From Vicugna vicugna (lineage: Eukaryota), in contig MU057503.1 of assembly GCA_013265495.1 (NCBI GenBank), positions 558,001-622,000 on the forward strand: a stretch of DNA of 64,000 nucleotides. Direction: 5' to 3'. The notes beneath the pieces are model-generated. The model searched no databases. It saw nothing but the letters and a program-made list of their open reading frames with translations, and was not told the origin of the DNA. Below, one piece after another: positions 24,131-37,384 of this stretch (positions are counted from its first letter, which is position 1; every line of letters begins with the position of its first letter). The translations under genes and the position numbers were made by a program.

Positions 24131-25859
24131 ACCACCTTAAAAAGACACTCAGTCTAATCCTGCCAGGAAGAAACTTCTGAGTGACTAAAAGCGCCATCAA
24201 GTGAAGGAGTAAGCACGCTAACTCAGAGGAAAGTTAAGTGGAAAGAACAGCAACCCGAGGATTAGAAGAACTGGATTCAAATGGCCTCTCCAACACCACT
24301 CAAATGGGAATGAACCTGAACCCCGAGGAAAAGGTTCTTAATTTAGGGCATCTGTGGATAGAATTTGGGAAGTCCATGAATCCATCTTTACTTTCACAGA
24401 CCTCTAACATTGCCCATTTCTGCCTACTGTGAACGTGGGGCATCACATCACCGCAGTATTAGTGGCATCTGTGACTTGGCCACCAAAAGAAATAGTAACA
24501 CATGGTCCACCCACACATCTTGAATTATTGTTTATACCCATCACTACTTTGCAATGATTATTAAACCCACCGCTCACTCTCGCTACTTGCTGCGTCAGTA
24601 AAGTACACACCGCCATATTACACCCCCACAACTAGGGAAAAGTGGCAAAAGGAAAGGATTTCTTGCTCATCACATCTAACTCCCCAAAGGGTCCAAGGCC
24701 ACCTGAGTGAAACACATGCACAAGGTCCTTCTACATCCAGTGAACACCCAGCGAACGTCTCTGAGGATGCCGCAGCAGGGCAGGCGAGGGATGGGGCAGG
24801 AGCAGTTGAGTCAGTGTCTGGGCACAGATTCTGTTACATCAAACTTTACCATGTTTCCAGAGTCATGATTTGAACCAAAGAAGATCAAGCCCCAAGAAAT
24901 AAGAAGCCACACTGCCAGGGAATGCTACATTTAAAAAAAGCAACTCTGAAATTTTTCTAGCAAGTAATCCAACCATTTCCTTCAACAAGGCAAAGCTTTC
25001 TGCAGTTACCACAACCGCCACCAGCTGACAAAACACCTGGGGAATTTTCAAAGTCACGAGGAAACTTGGTTGGAGGACTTTTGATGTGGGGCTCAGAGGG
25101 GCTCCACATTCTCCTGAGAACACCTCTGCACAGCGGTGCCAGAAGGTGGTACAGTGGATTTTTAAATGTAATGAAGAATTTTCACAGCTAAAACTTGTAA
25201 GACATCATTTTTCCACGAAGAAAGGGTAGACTGAATAAATCTACCACTGGTTGATGCAGGGCCCAAGCCCAGAGCAATGACGTCAGTGTCTCCAAAGGTG
25301 GGTCCCACTATTCGTCTTTTTTAAAGCTTCCAAGGGGGTTCTAATGAGCAGCCACAGATGTGAACCCCAGTCTAATGGAAGGGGGGCAGCTGAGCAATCA
25401 GGCCAGCGTTCTAGTCCCCAGTCTGCCATCAGTTCACCATATGACCTTGGATGAACCACATGCATCTCCCTGAACTGATCAGACCACTGGTGTCTAAATT
25501 GCGTTCCTTGGTTTCCTCAGAGAAGTGGGTGTCAAAGTGATGAGTCCTTCTGACTTTTTCCAACCAGAGCAGCATTTTTATCAGTTATAAACAACAAGGT
25601 TTTGTAAGAGATTTTGGACAAAAGGATTCGATTGCTTAAAATGTTGAAAGCCTTTGAACTAGATAAAATCAAGCTCATCAAGAGATTTCATAGCCTCCAG
25701 CGTCCTCCCATGGCAGGCAACTTCCAGCGAGGGACACGCTGTGGGGAGAGGACCACAAAGTGGGCGCGCATCACGTGCTCAGAGTCCAGCTCAGCTTTCA
25801 ATGTCCAGGGGACCACAAAGGCACAGACACACCAGTCGCGGGTCCAGAGCCCCCTTCCC

Positions 25860-26055
25860 TTTATTTAACAAACCGTACATAGCGGGTGAAGTTCTAAATG
25901 CTTTACAAACATTAGCTCATTTAATCCTGACTACAATCCTATGAGGTGTGGTTACTAACCCCATTTCATAGGAGGACAATGAGGGACAGAGTGTTAACTG
26001 CTTCAGGTCACCATGCCTTCAGTGATGCACCTGGGACCAGAGTCCACTCTGTAAG
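25860..26055 (-). mobile_element. MIR SINE
   Basis: gttctaaatgctttacaaacattagctcatttaatcctgactacaatcctatgaggt...cccatttcataggagg. Confidence 0.7.
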
Positions 26056-27039
26056 CCACCAGCCCCGACGACGGTAGGCTGAACGCCCCACCCCACACTC
26101 CTCTGCATACCACCCGCCCGTCTTTCACACTCTTCTTAACTGTCAGCCCTCCTGGGGCTCCCACTGCACCTGCACCCACCCTGCTGCTGCACTCATCGTG
26201 TTGCGCGTGCCTGCCTGCTCACCTGCTCGGGCAACGGGGGAGTAAAGAAAGAATGATCTGGGATGAAAAGGGAGCAACTCATAGGCAATGCGGGTGAAAA
26301 GAGGGCTATACATACATATATGGAGGCCCATGTGGACAGTGGCCTGACTAAGGCCGACCTTGAGGGCTAGGTCAGGTCGGGGTGTGGCAGACCAAGAGCC
26401 TCAGTGCGCTGCCTTGGGGCCTCAGGAGTGATGAGATGCCCGTGCCCCGGGAGCCTTGGGAGCTGGGCTGAGGAAGCGCTAATCCCGGGCGTCCTGCAGG
26501 TGCACCGTGAGAAGGAAGGACCAGAACTGAAGGGGCCTGTCCTGTCACAGAGGTCTGTCCTGAGACAGAGGGCCCAGGTCATCAGGGTGGAACCACTGCG
26601 CCTGGAGAGATGAATGGCCTCATGAAACATTTCGAGAAACAACACGAGACTGGAGTGGGTGCTACAGTGTTTGAAATGGGACCAAGACCTTAACTGAGAA
26701 TCAAAATCTGCTTTTGAAAGTGGCGTGACCAAACAGGACGTGCCCTGCATTCATTCTGAAACAGACACGAGGACCCGCTCCCACACTCTTCTCTACTCAA
26801 GACGGTGTCATCAGCTGCTGTCAGGTAAGAGTGTGTGGTTTGACACATGAAGTCTGATTCGAGAACCTCGAGGAACGAATAGCTCCTCGGTGTCATACAG
26901 CATCGAGGGACCACATCAACATCAGGGGTCTAAGCTGGGAACAGGGCAACTGGGGGTGGACCTGTGAACCCACGAGAGGCCTGAAAAATCCCAAGTTCTA
27001 TGAACACAGTGCTTTCAAAGCATCTCAAACCTGATGTCG

Positions 27040-27535
27040 TTGCAGATACACCCATATTCCATCACTGCATAGAATCTTCAATGGCTCCCCACTGCCCTTA
27101 AAACACCTTTCAGTCTCCTGGATGTTCACGTGGCTCATGGGCCCTGCATGATCTAGCGGCTACTCCTCTCCTGCTCCTGGTCAGTGGTCCTGAATGCTCT
27201 CATTCCTTCTCTTAATTCCCCATCACCTCTGGCAATATAAATATGCTTTTCTTTTGCCCTACATCACTCACCCCTTGCCCTCTGCTTGGAGAACTATTTA
27301 TCCTTCAGTCTTCAGTGGAAGCATGAACTTCCCCTCCAGCCTGCCTGGACCACCTCAGCCCCTGTACATCCCTTACAGCCATGTTTATCCCACTGGTGTG
27401 GAACTGCCCGGCGTGTCCGTATCAGCCGACTCAGAGACTCACGTGTGTCTTACTCACTACGGCATTTGGGGGGGCGGGGCTGGTATACAACAGGTGCTCG
27501 ATAAATACTTACAAAACATACAGAGAAAGGAAGGG
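27040..27535 (+). mobile_element. L2 3' fragment
   Basis: cttcaatggctccccactgcc, ccctgcatgatctag, ctctgcttggagaac and tail caggtgctcgataaatactt. Confidence 0.55.
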
Positions 27536-27834
27536 AGAAAATGGATTTTTTCATAAGTCTTTACTTTTTGAAGCAATGTATCAGCTTAAGAAATAAGAAT
27601 TTTATGCAAGATACTTCATATTGGTAAAACCAACAGACTATATAATAAGCCCGACCTACTCCAGACTTTGGGCTGGCTGATCTGACTTTAGTTGTGACCT
27701 CTCGGCTGCCTGAGGCCAGGCGATCCCGGGCCCTGGGGACCTCCAGGTGCTCCATGGAAAGCAGAGAGAGGGGATACTGCCTCCTCTGGCTGTACTTCAT
27801 TTGCTAGGCCTTACGGCCCTACAGGACCAGTTGG

Positions 27835-27950
27835 AAACACACACAAATACACACACACACACACACACACACACNNNNNNNNNNNNNNNNNNNNNNNNNN
27901 NNNNNNNNNNNNNNNNNNNNNNNCCCTACAGGATGGAAACACACACAAAT

Positions 27951-27982
<32 letters not shown>

Positions 27983-27989
27983 GCACACA
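27835..27989. repeat. (CA)n microsatellite interrupted by a gap
   Basis: Directly visible. Confidence 0.95.
27875..27923. other. Assembly gap (49 N) inside a (CA)n microsatellite, with the left flank repeated after the gap
   Basis: Run of n; ccctacagga...ggaaacacacacaaatacacac occurs on both sides. Confidence 1.
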
Positions 27990-28964
27990 ATTCTCTTCTA
28001 AGCTAAGGCCTGTATCTTTTAAAAAGGAAAATCTAAGAAACAAAACAACCCACCAGATTCCTCTTCGAGGAGGGCTGAACCGTTGAAAACCACAGACTTC
28101 CTTCAGCTCTCGTGCCCTGCTGGGAGCTGTAATCTGCTATTGCTTTATCCTTTGATGCAGGGGCTAAAGGGCTAAGGCATGTGCACGGGAAGCTGGAGAG
28201 CTGTGTTCTCCACCTGTTTGGCTCAGGCAAAGGTACCAGAGGAGGGAAGGGAAGTCCACAGCTAACATCCAACGTCCTCTGCCCAGCCTGCCCCACATAC
28301 CACCTGCTCACGACCAAGGGCCCCATCCCACCCCTCATGTGGTCCGAAGGAGGAACACCTCCTCAGTTTGGTATTAGCTCAGAGAATAAGACTTTCAGTT
28401 TATACAGTAAACAAACTGGGTTTCAGGTTTTACATTATCTAATAGTCCAAGGGTAACTCTGTCACCCTCTGTCACTGGTGTCAACACATCAACACACCGT
28501 GGTTATTTTTAAAGTTGGGTGATTTATGTCTGCACTTTCAAATGAGTTAACAGGAAGATCCTACCTGCCATGATGTATCTTAGCATGGAAAGGGCACAGG
28601 TTTTAGACCAAGACAAACCTGGGTTCTGGGATTTACTGCTATGTGATCTTGGGCAAGTTTCTTTAACTTCTCTCAACTGTCTCCTTATTTAAAGAACAAT
28701 AGGAAATTAGGACACAGACCATAAGGATTCATTCATTCCTCTCCTACGTGCCAGACTCAGGCTGGGCACTGGGGGTGTAGCTGGGAGTAAGACAAGCATG
28801 GTTCCCAAGCTCCTGAAGTAACGACCTAGATTATGAGCAGATAAGTACAAGTGTGTCAGAAAAGAGAGGCACCTGGTGTCACAGGAACACACACTAAATG
28901 TGCAGACAGCCATGGGTTATGGGAGACGGGGGAAGGGAACGGGGATAAAGGGACAACACGAGGG

Positions 28965-29105
28965 AGCAGCTGGGAGTGATGGAAAGGTCGTACCGCGATG
29001 GTGGTGGTGATCATCCGGATCCACGCATGTGTTAAAATTCATAAAACTATTACACAAAGAAGGTTAACTATACTGTGTAATAATTTTAAAATAATAAATA
29101 AATAA
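28965..29105 (+). mobile_element. Old L1M 3' terminal fragment
   Basis: gatggtggtggtgatc...atgtgttaaaattcataaaact...tatactgtgtaataattttaaaaataataaataaataa. Confidence 0.5.
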
Positions 29106-31569
29106 GAGGTATAGCATTACATCCAGCATGTAAGAGAAACAACAGAGCTGGAAGTAACAGTTTTACCTATTAAATGGCAGGGCGGGAGCAAGGATTCCCG
29201 CACCCAGGAGCCCATGCTGCACACTTCAGCTCCCGACTGCGAACCCTGCCAGCAGGACCCTCATCGCCCTGCACGGCGCAACGCCTGTCACTTCCATTCC
29301 TCCTAAGTTACCTCCCCTATGGAAAGTCTAAGTTCCAACAGTATCTACTGAGTACTACCGTGTTGAATCCATCTCCCCCACCCCCATCATCACAAAATGG
29401 GCGTCATTATCCCATCTCACCAATAGTTGAAGTGGGGCACAGACAGTCAAGTCACTCTACTGTGAGTAGCAATACCAGGATTTGAACCCATTTCTTCAGA
29501 TGCCAAGTCAGGGAATCTTCCCAACACACACAACTTTGTGTCATTTATCTCCCTGGCTTCTGTGACTCTGTAGCCTCAAGTTTAGCCCCACTGAAACAGG
29601 AGTCACATCACGTGTCCCTTATCTCTGGAGCACCCGCAAGCGAAAGAGCCTTCATGAGCCAACAGGGAGGCAAGAGGCAGCCCCTCTTGCCATGAGCTGA
29701 CAAAGAAGGGGCGATTCTAGAGAAAAGCTCAAATGTTTCCTGGGGATCCCGACAGAGGTGTCGGTATGTTTTCTGCAGGAAACACAAAACCAAACAATGA
29801 GGTCTGACACATTTGTACTAGTTCAAAGGAACCGGCCTTGGCATTCTCATGCCCAGTGCACAAGCTCCACCGGTTTGCAAACCCCCTCATCGCTCTCTCC
29901 CTCCCAGTGGGACACTTTCCACGAGAGAGCACGCAAGGTCGAGGGAGAGCTTAAAACACTTCGTCAGCATGCAAGAAGCAAATTCAAAGCAGAGATTCTT
30001 TTTGTAATTCTAAATATTTCTTCATCTAACACGGAAGAAGAAATGACGCTTGGCTGGTATTTCCCATAGAGGCTGCCGCTGGCGCCCTCCCGCGGTGGGG
30101 AAGTCGGCCGCCCCACGGCAGGTGGGCGGGCAGGCAGGTGGGCGGGGGGCGCGGGAGCTCTGCCTGTTGCTGGGTCCATGCGCCCCAACTGAGTGTCTTG
30201 TGCATTATATTATTTTAACTAAACGATCCCTCACAAAGTAGACCACAGGTTTTTAAAAATTCCTGCAAAGAACCTGTGATAGAAAACAGGTCAAATAAAA
30301 ACATGCCACAGCGGGCGGTTCTCACTCCAAGTAATGACACCGGTCGTATCTGACAATAACAATAACCTTTCTGGCCAGAAGTATCTGAAGGGCTCAGGGA
30401 GACAGCTGAAAAACGGAATTATACTCGCTCCTGTTAATGATGAACTGTGCCCTGAGGTATCAGCTAATGGAAGCAAGAAGTCGCTCTGCTCTGAGCCAGA
30501 CGGTAAATGAGTTACTGCGTGAAAAGCACTCAGAACAATGTCCGGCGTATAACAAACATCATGTAACCGTCAGCTGTTATTATTTTAAGATATTGTCTTT
30601 TTATCTTTATTGCCTCTAGGTTATTTTTTAAATATTTAATATATTTTTACAATTATTAAATATATACTAAATGAATATTCAGTGGTATGGTTATATATCA
30701 ATAATGAACACATATATCGGGGGTACATACCACCTCCAAAATTGTCTTTAACTGATGGTTTAGGGACTGCAACTCTAGAAACAGCTGTCCTATGGGAAAA
30801 AGTGGTGTCCTTCCCTGAAGACACAAGTTCTCTGTCACTTGACCCTCATCTTCCCTCCCCTGCCCCCACCCGTCAGGGATTCAGGTAAGCCGAGGAGGGG
30901 CGGGACCAACAGCATGAAAGGAACAGCACAAATGCAGAAACCCCACTGTGGGGTCCATCCCACGGTCGGTTTTACAAAAGCCTCAGTATGACCACGGGAG
31001 GCACCTGTCTCCCTCTTTTCTTGCCAAAGAAAAGGGACGACTTATTTCCCACTGGGGAAACAGAGAGCTGGCATATTCCCCTGACCCCCACCACGAGCTA
31101 TCACATGGCTTGATTTCCACCATGTGTCTGGCCAGGTTTCAAGGTATCGCAGCGAGGACGACAACGCACAATAAGAGGATCTGTTTGGGGCATTTCATCC
31201 ACAGGGCTTTCCGTCTCCAGCTCTTCATCTGACCTCACAGCCGCACGGGGGAAGATGACAGATGACGAGGCAGGGACCCGGGGGGACCTGAGGAACTCAG
31301 CGACAAGTCCTTCCCGGGGCCCGTGTCCTACCACTGCCCACGTGGAACCAGGCCCACACAGCAGAGTTAATTTGTTTGCTTCTACCATACTTGTCTTTCT
31401 GGCTAAATTATTCTGATACTTGGTTCCCCAGTGGGAAAGCTCCCTTATTCTCATATACTTGAAAGAACACTGCTTCTTTCTCAGGAGCTGACGACATGAA
31501 TGCAGATTTCTTTGGTTCGATTCTTCCCCTTCATGAGACAGTACGATGGAGGATAAGTTTGGTTCTGGT

Positions 31570-31640
31570 TTTGTTTCATGGAGGTACTGGGGATAGAACC
31601 CAGGACCTTGTGCCTGTCCAATGAGATATACCCTCCTCCC
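31570..31640 (-). mobile_element. Internally deleted tRNA-derived SINE (Vic/CHR-like)
   Basis: Reverse complement reads gggaggagggtatatctca...aaggtcctgggttctatccccagtacctccat, with a degenerate A box and a B box. Confidence 0.65.
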
Positions 31641-31904
31641 AGGTTTTGGGTTTTAAATGGCAGTTTAGTCCCGTATGTTAAAACATCATTAAATAAATAT
31701 TAATTTCTGAGACATAGGAAGCATAAAGTGTGTGACAGTTTTGGCTAAGTTGTGCTGTGGTTTATGCTAGACTCAAAAATTGGCCCAGGAACATTCTCAA
31801 ACTATTACTTTAGCCATCAAAAACATCTCCCTAAATTAGTTTATAGCAGAAACATAAGTAACGTGACATAATATTGAAACGCAGCTGCAAACTCCAGAAT
31901 AACA

Positions 31905-32095
31905 ACAGATGATATTAACTGAGCACACACTACACGCCAGGCACTAGTCTAAGCACTTTTCATATTTTTAACTCATTTAATTCTAATAATCCTGTGAGGT
32001 AGGAACTGTTATCCCGAATACGCAGATGAGGAAACCGAGGCACTGAGAGGTCACAAGGTAACACTGAGTGAGCGGCAGAGCTGGAATCCACACTC
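31905..32095 (-). mobile_element. MIR SINE
   Basis: gccaggcactagtctaagcacttt...aactcatttaattct...cctgtgaggtagg...cagatgaggaaaccgaggcactgagaggt...ggcagagctggaatc. Confidence 0.8.
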
Positions 32096-32471
32096 ACACA
32101 CTCATTATTATTCCATCAGAAGGCTTTTTCTACTTGCTGTGGTTTCAAGCAAACAGTGATCTCCTGTAATTTAGCAGAAAAAAAATGGACTATAAGGACA
32201 AAAAGACGGTGAACAATTTCATTTCCATTCTGTTCCTCACCCGAGTCAGTAAGAGCAGTCATCCAGGTTCTGAGCTGACCAGGGAGACTGCTAACTCAAG
32301 AGAGAAGTCATAATGGAAACGGGAAAAAGTTCGGCGTCAAATTATATTGAAATCATACGTATCAACATTAGGAGTTACCCTTCCTTCATTTCCCGTTTTT
32401 CCAAAGAGATTTTCCTGCCACAGTTCCCAGCTGTTCACGGCTGAAGAGGCAGCAGGTGGCCAGTACATAGA

Positions 32472-32665
32472 GACTCTGAGGCCAGACTGCCTGGGCTGAA
32501 TCCAAGCTCCACACTTCCCAGCTCTGGGCCTCAATTTCCTCATCAGTAAAATAAAGATAATAATACATCCTTATGTTTGTCTTATGAGGGTAAATGAATC
32601 AATAACACTGGCAAAGCACTAAGATCAGTGCCGTGTCTGGCACACGAATGCCAAGTATTAGGTTT
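32472..32665 (+). mobile_element. MIR SINE
   Basis: actctgaggccagactgcctgggctgaatccaagctccacacttcccagct...cctcaatttcctcatcagtaaaat...aaagcactaag...tctggcacac. Confidence 0.8.
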
Positions 32666-35440
32666 TAAAAAATAAGAAGAAAAGAAAATCTCAAGAGCAC
32701 ACTGCCCTTGCCAACGGCATCTTCCCACCTAAAGCTGTGGAGAAACCAAGTTACAAGGGAACCGGGGGGAAATGTCCATCTCAGCACCACTTCTTCTCCT
32801 TTGGCCTGAAGACTGGCCACAGTGGGAAAAACCCCTCGTGGAACCAAGTTTGAGTTGCCTTCTCAGCTACTGTACGTCTTGGTCAGACCTGGTCTTCGCC
32901 TAAGAGCAAACTGTAAAGTCATTCTAACTGACATCAGCCAGGACAGTTCCTGGTTGTAAAGTCATTCTTCTTAATCGCTGGCAAGAGTTCTAATCCCGGG
33001 AACCAAGAGATAAGATTTCCTTGACATGCACAGAACAAAGACCTTAACTGAGAGGGAAAAGTCAGAGTAATAAACACAGTGAGAGAAATAAAAGGCCGCT
33101 GCTGTTGTTTTCTTACAGCTGACACCACTGCAGGAAGCAGACTGCCAAACGCGGCCGAACATTCCAGAAGGGCTGCCGCTGTGGAACCACAGGCAACCTC
33201 CACTTAATGTTCTAAGGGTGAACGAGCCCTTCTTACAGAAAGCAGATGAAAAGACTGGCATCTTCCGTCCCGAGAGGTGAATAGCCCCTTCTCACTTCCT
33301 TTTTACTTCTCCCCACCCCAGCTGGCTCCTTTCTGCCTGGAATTCCCACAGTGCCGCCCCATCCTCTGCTGGGAGAGATAACCCGCTCCCCTCGCCCCTG
33401 CGGATGAACTTGGCCCGACGCGGACACAGCCGTCTCCTGTTATTGTAATTAGACGCTGAACTAACAGATACTGAAACCACAAACTTTGATGTTTTTGACT
33501 AAATTAAACAACACGAGGGGCTCTGAAGGAAATCAGACTTGGAATGCATGCGTCCGCGAGTCTCGTCATAAGGCAAAAACAGTTTGTTCCAAAATAGGGA
33601 GTCAGATGCAGGGGGTGGAAATGTCCTGGTTGTTGTCACAACGCCCTGTCTCCCGCCCAGACATCTTACAGAAAGGCAGGCGCTTCTTATCTTAACACTA
33701 AGGTTATAAGGTGCCTTGGAGAGTGAACTTTCTCCCTCCTCAGAGACGTCACCTGCTTCCTTCCTCTTCTCACTCCTAGAATGACTAGGTGCTTGGGAAC
33801 TGAGGAGCAAAAGCTCCTAGGAAAGCTGTGTTTCACTTGCAGGAGGCAATCAGTTCCATAGACTCCTTAGCACCTTTCAAATCAAAGGAAAGAAAGCCTC
33901 GTCATGGTGACTGGCTCCCACAAATCATGATCAGGGTCAATTAAAAAAGCTTCAGTGGGAGGCGGGCGGGAGGCCGCTGGGGAGAGGGCGTTGCCCTCAA
34001 CAAGCTCACGGCACCTTCCCTGGGGGGTGACGTTACAACAGCGTCTTTCAGAGATGCTGGAGTTCTAGTTTCTCTTCTTTCCTGGCCGCACGCCCTACAT
34101 CCCGTGACAAATAATCAGAGGCGTGGGAGTGCTGAGAGGACCGCGAGCTGGCCTGGAGTACCGACCTCCTACCGGTCTGACTGGGCTAATGGTTCTCCAC
34201 ACACCAGCCACCCAGTGCGCTGCGGGCACCGGCCAGGTTCCAGCCCTGACTCATCTCCCCTTCGTATCTGTTTCATCAGAGATCTCAAGACATCTCCATT
34301 CCTCCCAAGATAAACATTTATTTCTTTATTTCACTAATTACATCAATAACTCTAAATTTAAAAAAAAACTGGGTCCATTACTGTGTACTTTTTAAGGGAG
34401 AATGCAATAATTCACTATATGCCTCTGCATTTTTTCAGGCTGAACACTACAGGGTAGAACACCTCGTAACTCTTTATTATTTCTATCCCTTTTAAGTTTT
34501 ATGACTTCTTTCCAATATGGCTTCTTCTGCTCCTAACATTTTCCTCTATATGTAGATGGAACTTGAAATTAATTTGTATTTTCTTTCTTACAAGGCGTTG
34601 CTGTCAAGAGCTCAGCCAAATACAGGTAACAACGCTCCTTCAGGAAATGCCTCATGGAAGCCAGGAGAGGTGAAATAGAGTGAATATTATTTTATCCACC
34701 AAAAAAATTTTTTAAAGTTTGTTTTAAAACAGGAGGATTAATTTGACTCCTTTGGCTTAAAGAGTACTTGTACTAAAAGGGCAAAATAATGCTCTATAAA
34801 TTGGCATGAAGGATGGCTTAAAGTTGGCTGAGAATCTTTATACCAATCAATGATTATCTGTAGTGAGATAATCATCTCATAGCTACCCGATGACCCTATG
34901 CCATCAAATGTCAAGTTACACTTCTGCTGAATTCCTCTGAACATCACCAATGCTTCTGGCATATTAAAAATATTCCTATGATAATTCTTTTCATGGTGAA
35001 ACTAATGTGATTTTACAGGAAATTTTAGGCTTTCTTCAATTTCCAAGATGAAGGTTATACTACACATGAAAGAAGTCTTGTGGAAATATTTATTTTGACT
35101 TTACTAAGTTGACTGGGGATGAGGAGGATGAGAGAAGAGGGAGAATTTCATCACATGTGGTCTGGAGAGAGCCCACGCATCTCCCAATCACCATCCTTCA
35201 TGCCTGTCAACTCTGTTTGCAAATGAAATAATGGTGCCATTATTTATCCTGTTGTCCCATTTCTTGCTTATCATAGTATTTGCCCATTTTTTTCATCCTC
35301 ATCTTTCCTGACCTCCCTGCGGCTCATGGCAGAGTAACTTCCCCTCCTGGCAACCCTCTTCTCTTCTTGGAATTTCTCTGGGCTTGTTAACTCTTGAATT
35401 CTAAGCCTTCCTAGACTTGCCCCTGAGCTCCAAACCCTTC

Positions 35441-35646
35441 TTTTTTTATTGTCTATTTTTATTGAAGTATAGTTGATTTGCAGTGTTGTGTTAGTTTCAG
35501 GTGTATGGCCAAGTGACTCAGTTATAGATACCCATATATGTACTTTTTCATTTTCTTTTCCAATAGGGTGTATTACAGGATATTGAATATAGTTCCCTGG
35601 GCTCTACCGTAGGTCCTTGTTGTTTATCTGTTACATATAGCAGTGT
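35441..35646 (-). mobile_element. L1 3' UTR fragment with TSD, inserted in an older L2
   Basis: Same family motifs as 8440-8760 (attgaagtatagttgattt...atagttccctgggctctac). Flanked by caaacccttcttt (35431) and caaacccttattt (35647). Confidence 0.85.
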
Positions 35647-36037
35647 CAAACCCTTATTTCTAACTTCTACAAAGCACTCCCCCTGGAAAGTTAGAATCCT
35701 CAAAACTCAGGTCACCATTTCTGCCCATCCCCTCATCTTCAAACCTGAGCCTGTTTCAGGGGTCCACTTTCAAGGACCAGCACCCAGTGGCTGAAATCTG
35801 GCATTTCCTACTCCTTCCCGTCCTACGCAGCTGGTCACCTGGTCACCTCCTTGGTATCTCTCGCACCATCTCTTCTGAGCCTGTCCCCTGCTCTCATCAC
35901 TGCCTTATTTCAAGCTTTCATCACTTCTCACCCAGATTCCTGCATGAGCCAGTCTCTAGGTTTGCTCCCCTTGTCTTCCCAAGTCAGACTCCCCACTATT
36001 GGGATTCCATCATGCCCTTGTCTAAAGTTGCATGGTT

Positions 36038-36153
36038 GGATAGGGTAATAGCTCAATGGTAGAGCTCATGCTTAGCATGCATGAGGTTCTGGGTTCAATC
36101 TAAAAAAAAAATAAAAGTAAATAAACCTAATTACCCCCCCCAAAAAACCCCAA
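36038..36153 (+). mobile_element. tRNA-derived SINE, camelid Vic-like, with 15-nt TSD
   Basis: A box tagctcaatggtagag, B box gggttcaatc and tail aaataaacctaattacccccccc. TSD taaagttgcatggtt (36023-36037) / taaagtcatgtggtt (36154-36168). Confidence 0.85.
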
Positions 36154-36819
36154 TAAAGTCATGTGGTTAAAATTCCAGCTTACTAGGGTGTTAAATGGCT
36201 CTTGTATGTGACACCTGCTTGCTGCTCCTGCCTCGTCACCCTCCCAGCGATGACACATACTCTGAAACACTAGAAGACATGCCCCATGTGCTCTCACGCC
36301 AGGCCACCTTTACACACGCCCATTCCCTCGGTCAGGAAATTGCTTGGCTAATTCCTACTCACTTTTCAACATGACAGCTCAAATGTCTCATTCTCCAGGA
36401 AGCCTTCCCTCATCTGACCCAGCCCCCGTGCTCTGTTGTTTCCCAAACCACCAGCCATCAATCTGAGTTAGGCTTCCAGACAAACTGGACTTTTTTTTTT
36501 TTAATCTTCCTCCTAAAACTCCTTCCACTGTGGTGCTTATCGACTCTTTCTCCCTCTCCAACTCCGCTGTACGCCGACTGGAACTCCACTGCGTTCACCT
36601 CCTTATCCCCAAGGCCCAGGCTGTGGACTCAGAGCTCAGTACACGTTTGCTGAGTGAAGGCGGAGACTCACAGGGGGAAAGCAGCAGGTCCAGCTAACTT
36701 ACCTCCTGAACATGTCTTCTTGCCCTGGGCCCCAGTCTGCCACTACCCTTACCTACGTGCCACCATACAGGAGTCAGGGGGTGTCTTTAGGTGGGAATAA
36801 AGTCGCTCGTCTCTCTTAA

Positions 36820-37320
36820 GCAGTGTATTCAGTTCCCTCTGCCAGCAAATTGTTCATTCAGAGTAGCAGCCAAAGCCCTGAGAACAGCCCTGAGGTCCTG
36901 CTGGATTGCCTTGCTCCCCTGTCATTACCTTTCTGACAAGGTCGCCTGCAATTCAGGCTCTCCTAAGCCCGCTCCAGCCACGTGGGTCTCCTGGCGGATT
37001 CCGGAGAACCGCGTGCCTGTTCCCGCCCCGGGGGCTTTGCAGCTGCCGAGGGCGTTAGAAGGCTCTTCCCTCCAAGAGCGGCCCTTTCGGGTCCTCACCC
37101 AAAGGGCCCCTTCTGACACCTCTTTAACCAAACCTCACACCTCCCATGATTCCTGCTTCCCTGCTTTGTTTTCCGCCATAGCATCTGTCTGCCCCGCTAC
37201 ACATTTTCACTGCTTGTCTCCTTCAAGGAACGCAAGCTCCCCGTAGGCAGGGGTGTCTGTCTGTTTTATTCCCTGCTAATCCCTCAGCATTCAGTTCCCG
37301 GTACACAGCCAGCGCTCAGC
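36820..37320 (+). mobile_element. L2 fragment
   Basis: ggggctttgcagctgc, gcaagctccccgtaggcaggggtgtctgtctgttttattccctgct...cccggtacacagccagcgctcag. Confidence 0.55.
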
Positions 37321-37384
37321 GACCCATCTGCCACACTAGAGCACGGTTTTCAAGCTTTGAGAAAGCAGCACAAACAGCAACAAC

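Larger units (their letters stand above)
35270..36655 (+). mobile_element. L2 fragment interrupted by an L1 (35441-35646) and a SINE (36038-36153)
   Basis: Pyrimidine-rich L2 motifs (ttcaagctttcatcacttctcacccaga, cagctcaaatgtctcattctccaggaagccttccct) and tail gagctcagtacacgtttgctgagtgaa. Confidence 0.6.

Noticed and set aside
31905..32665. Oppositely oriented MIR pair as a dsRNA or editing substrate
   Set aside because: MIR copies are ancient and too diverged for stable long duplexes; no long complementary run was seen.
36046..36100. Possible tRNA gene (A and B boxes)
   Set aside because: No complete cloverleaf or acceptor stem. It is followed by an A-rich SINE tail and flanked by a TSD, so it is a tRNA-derived SINE.
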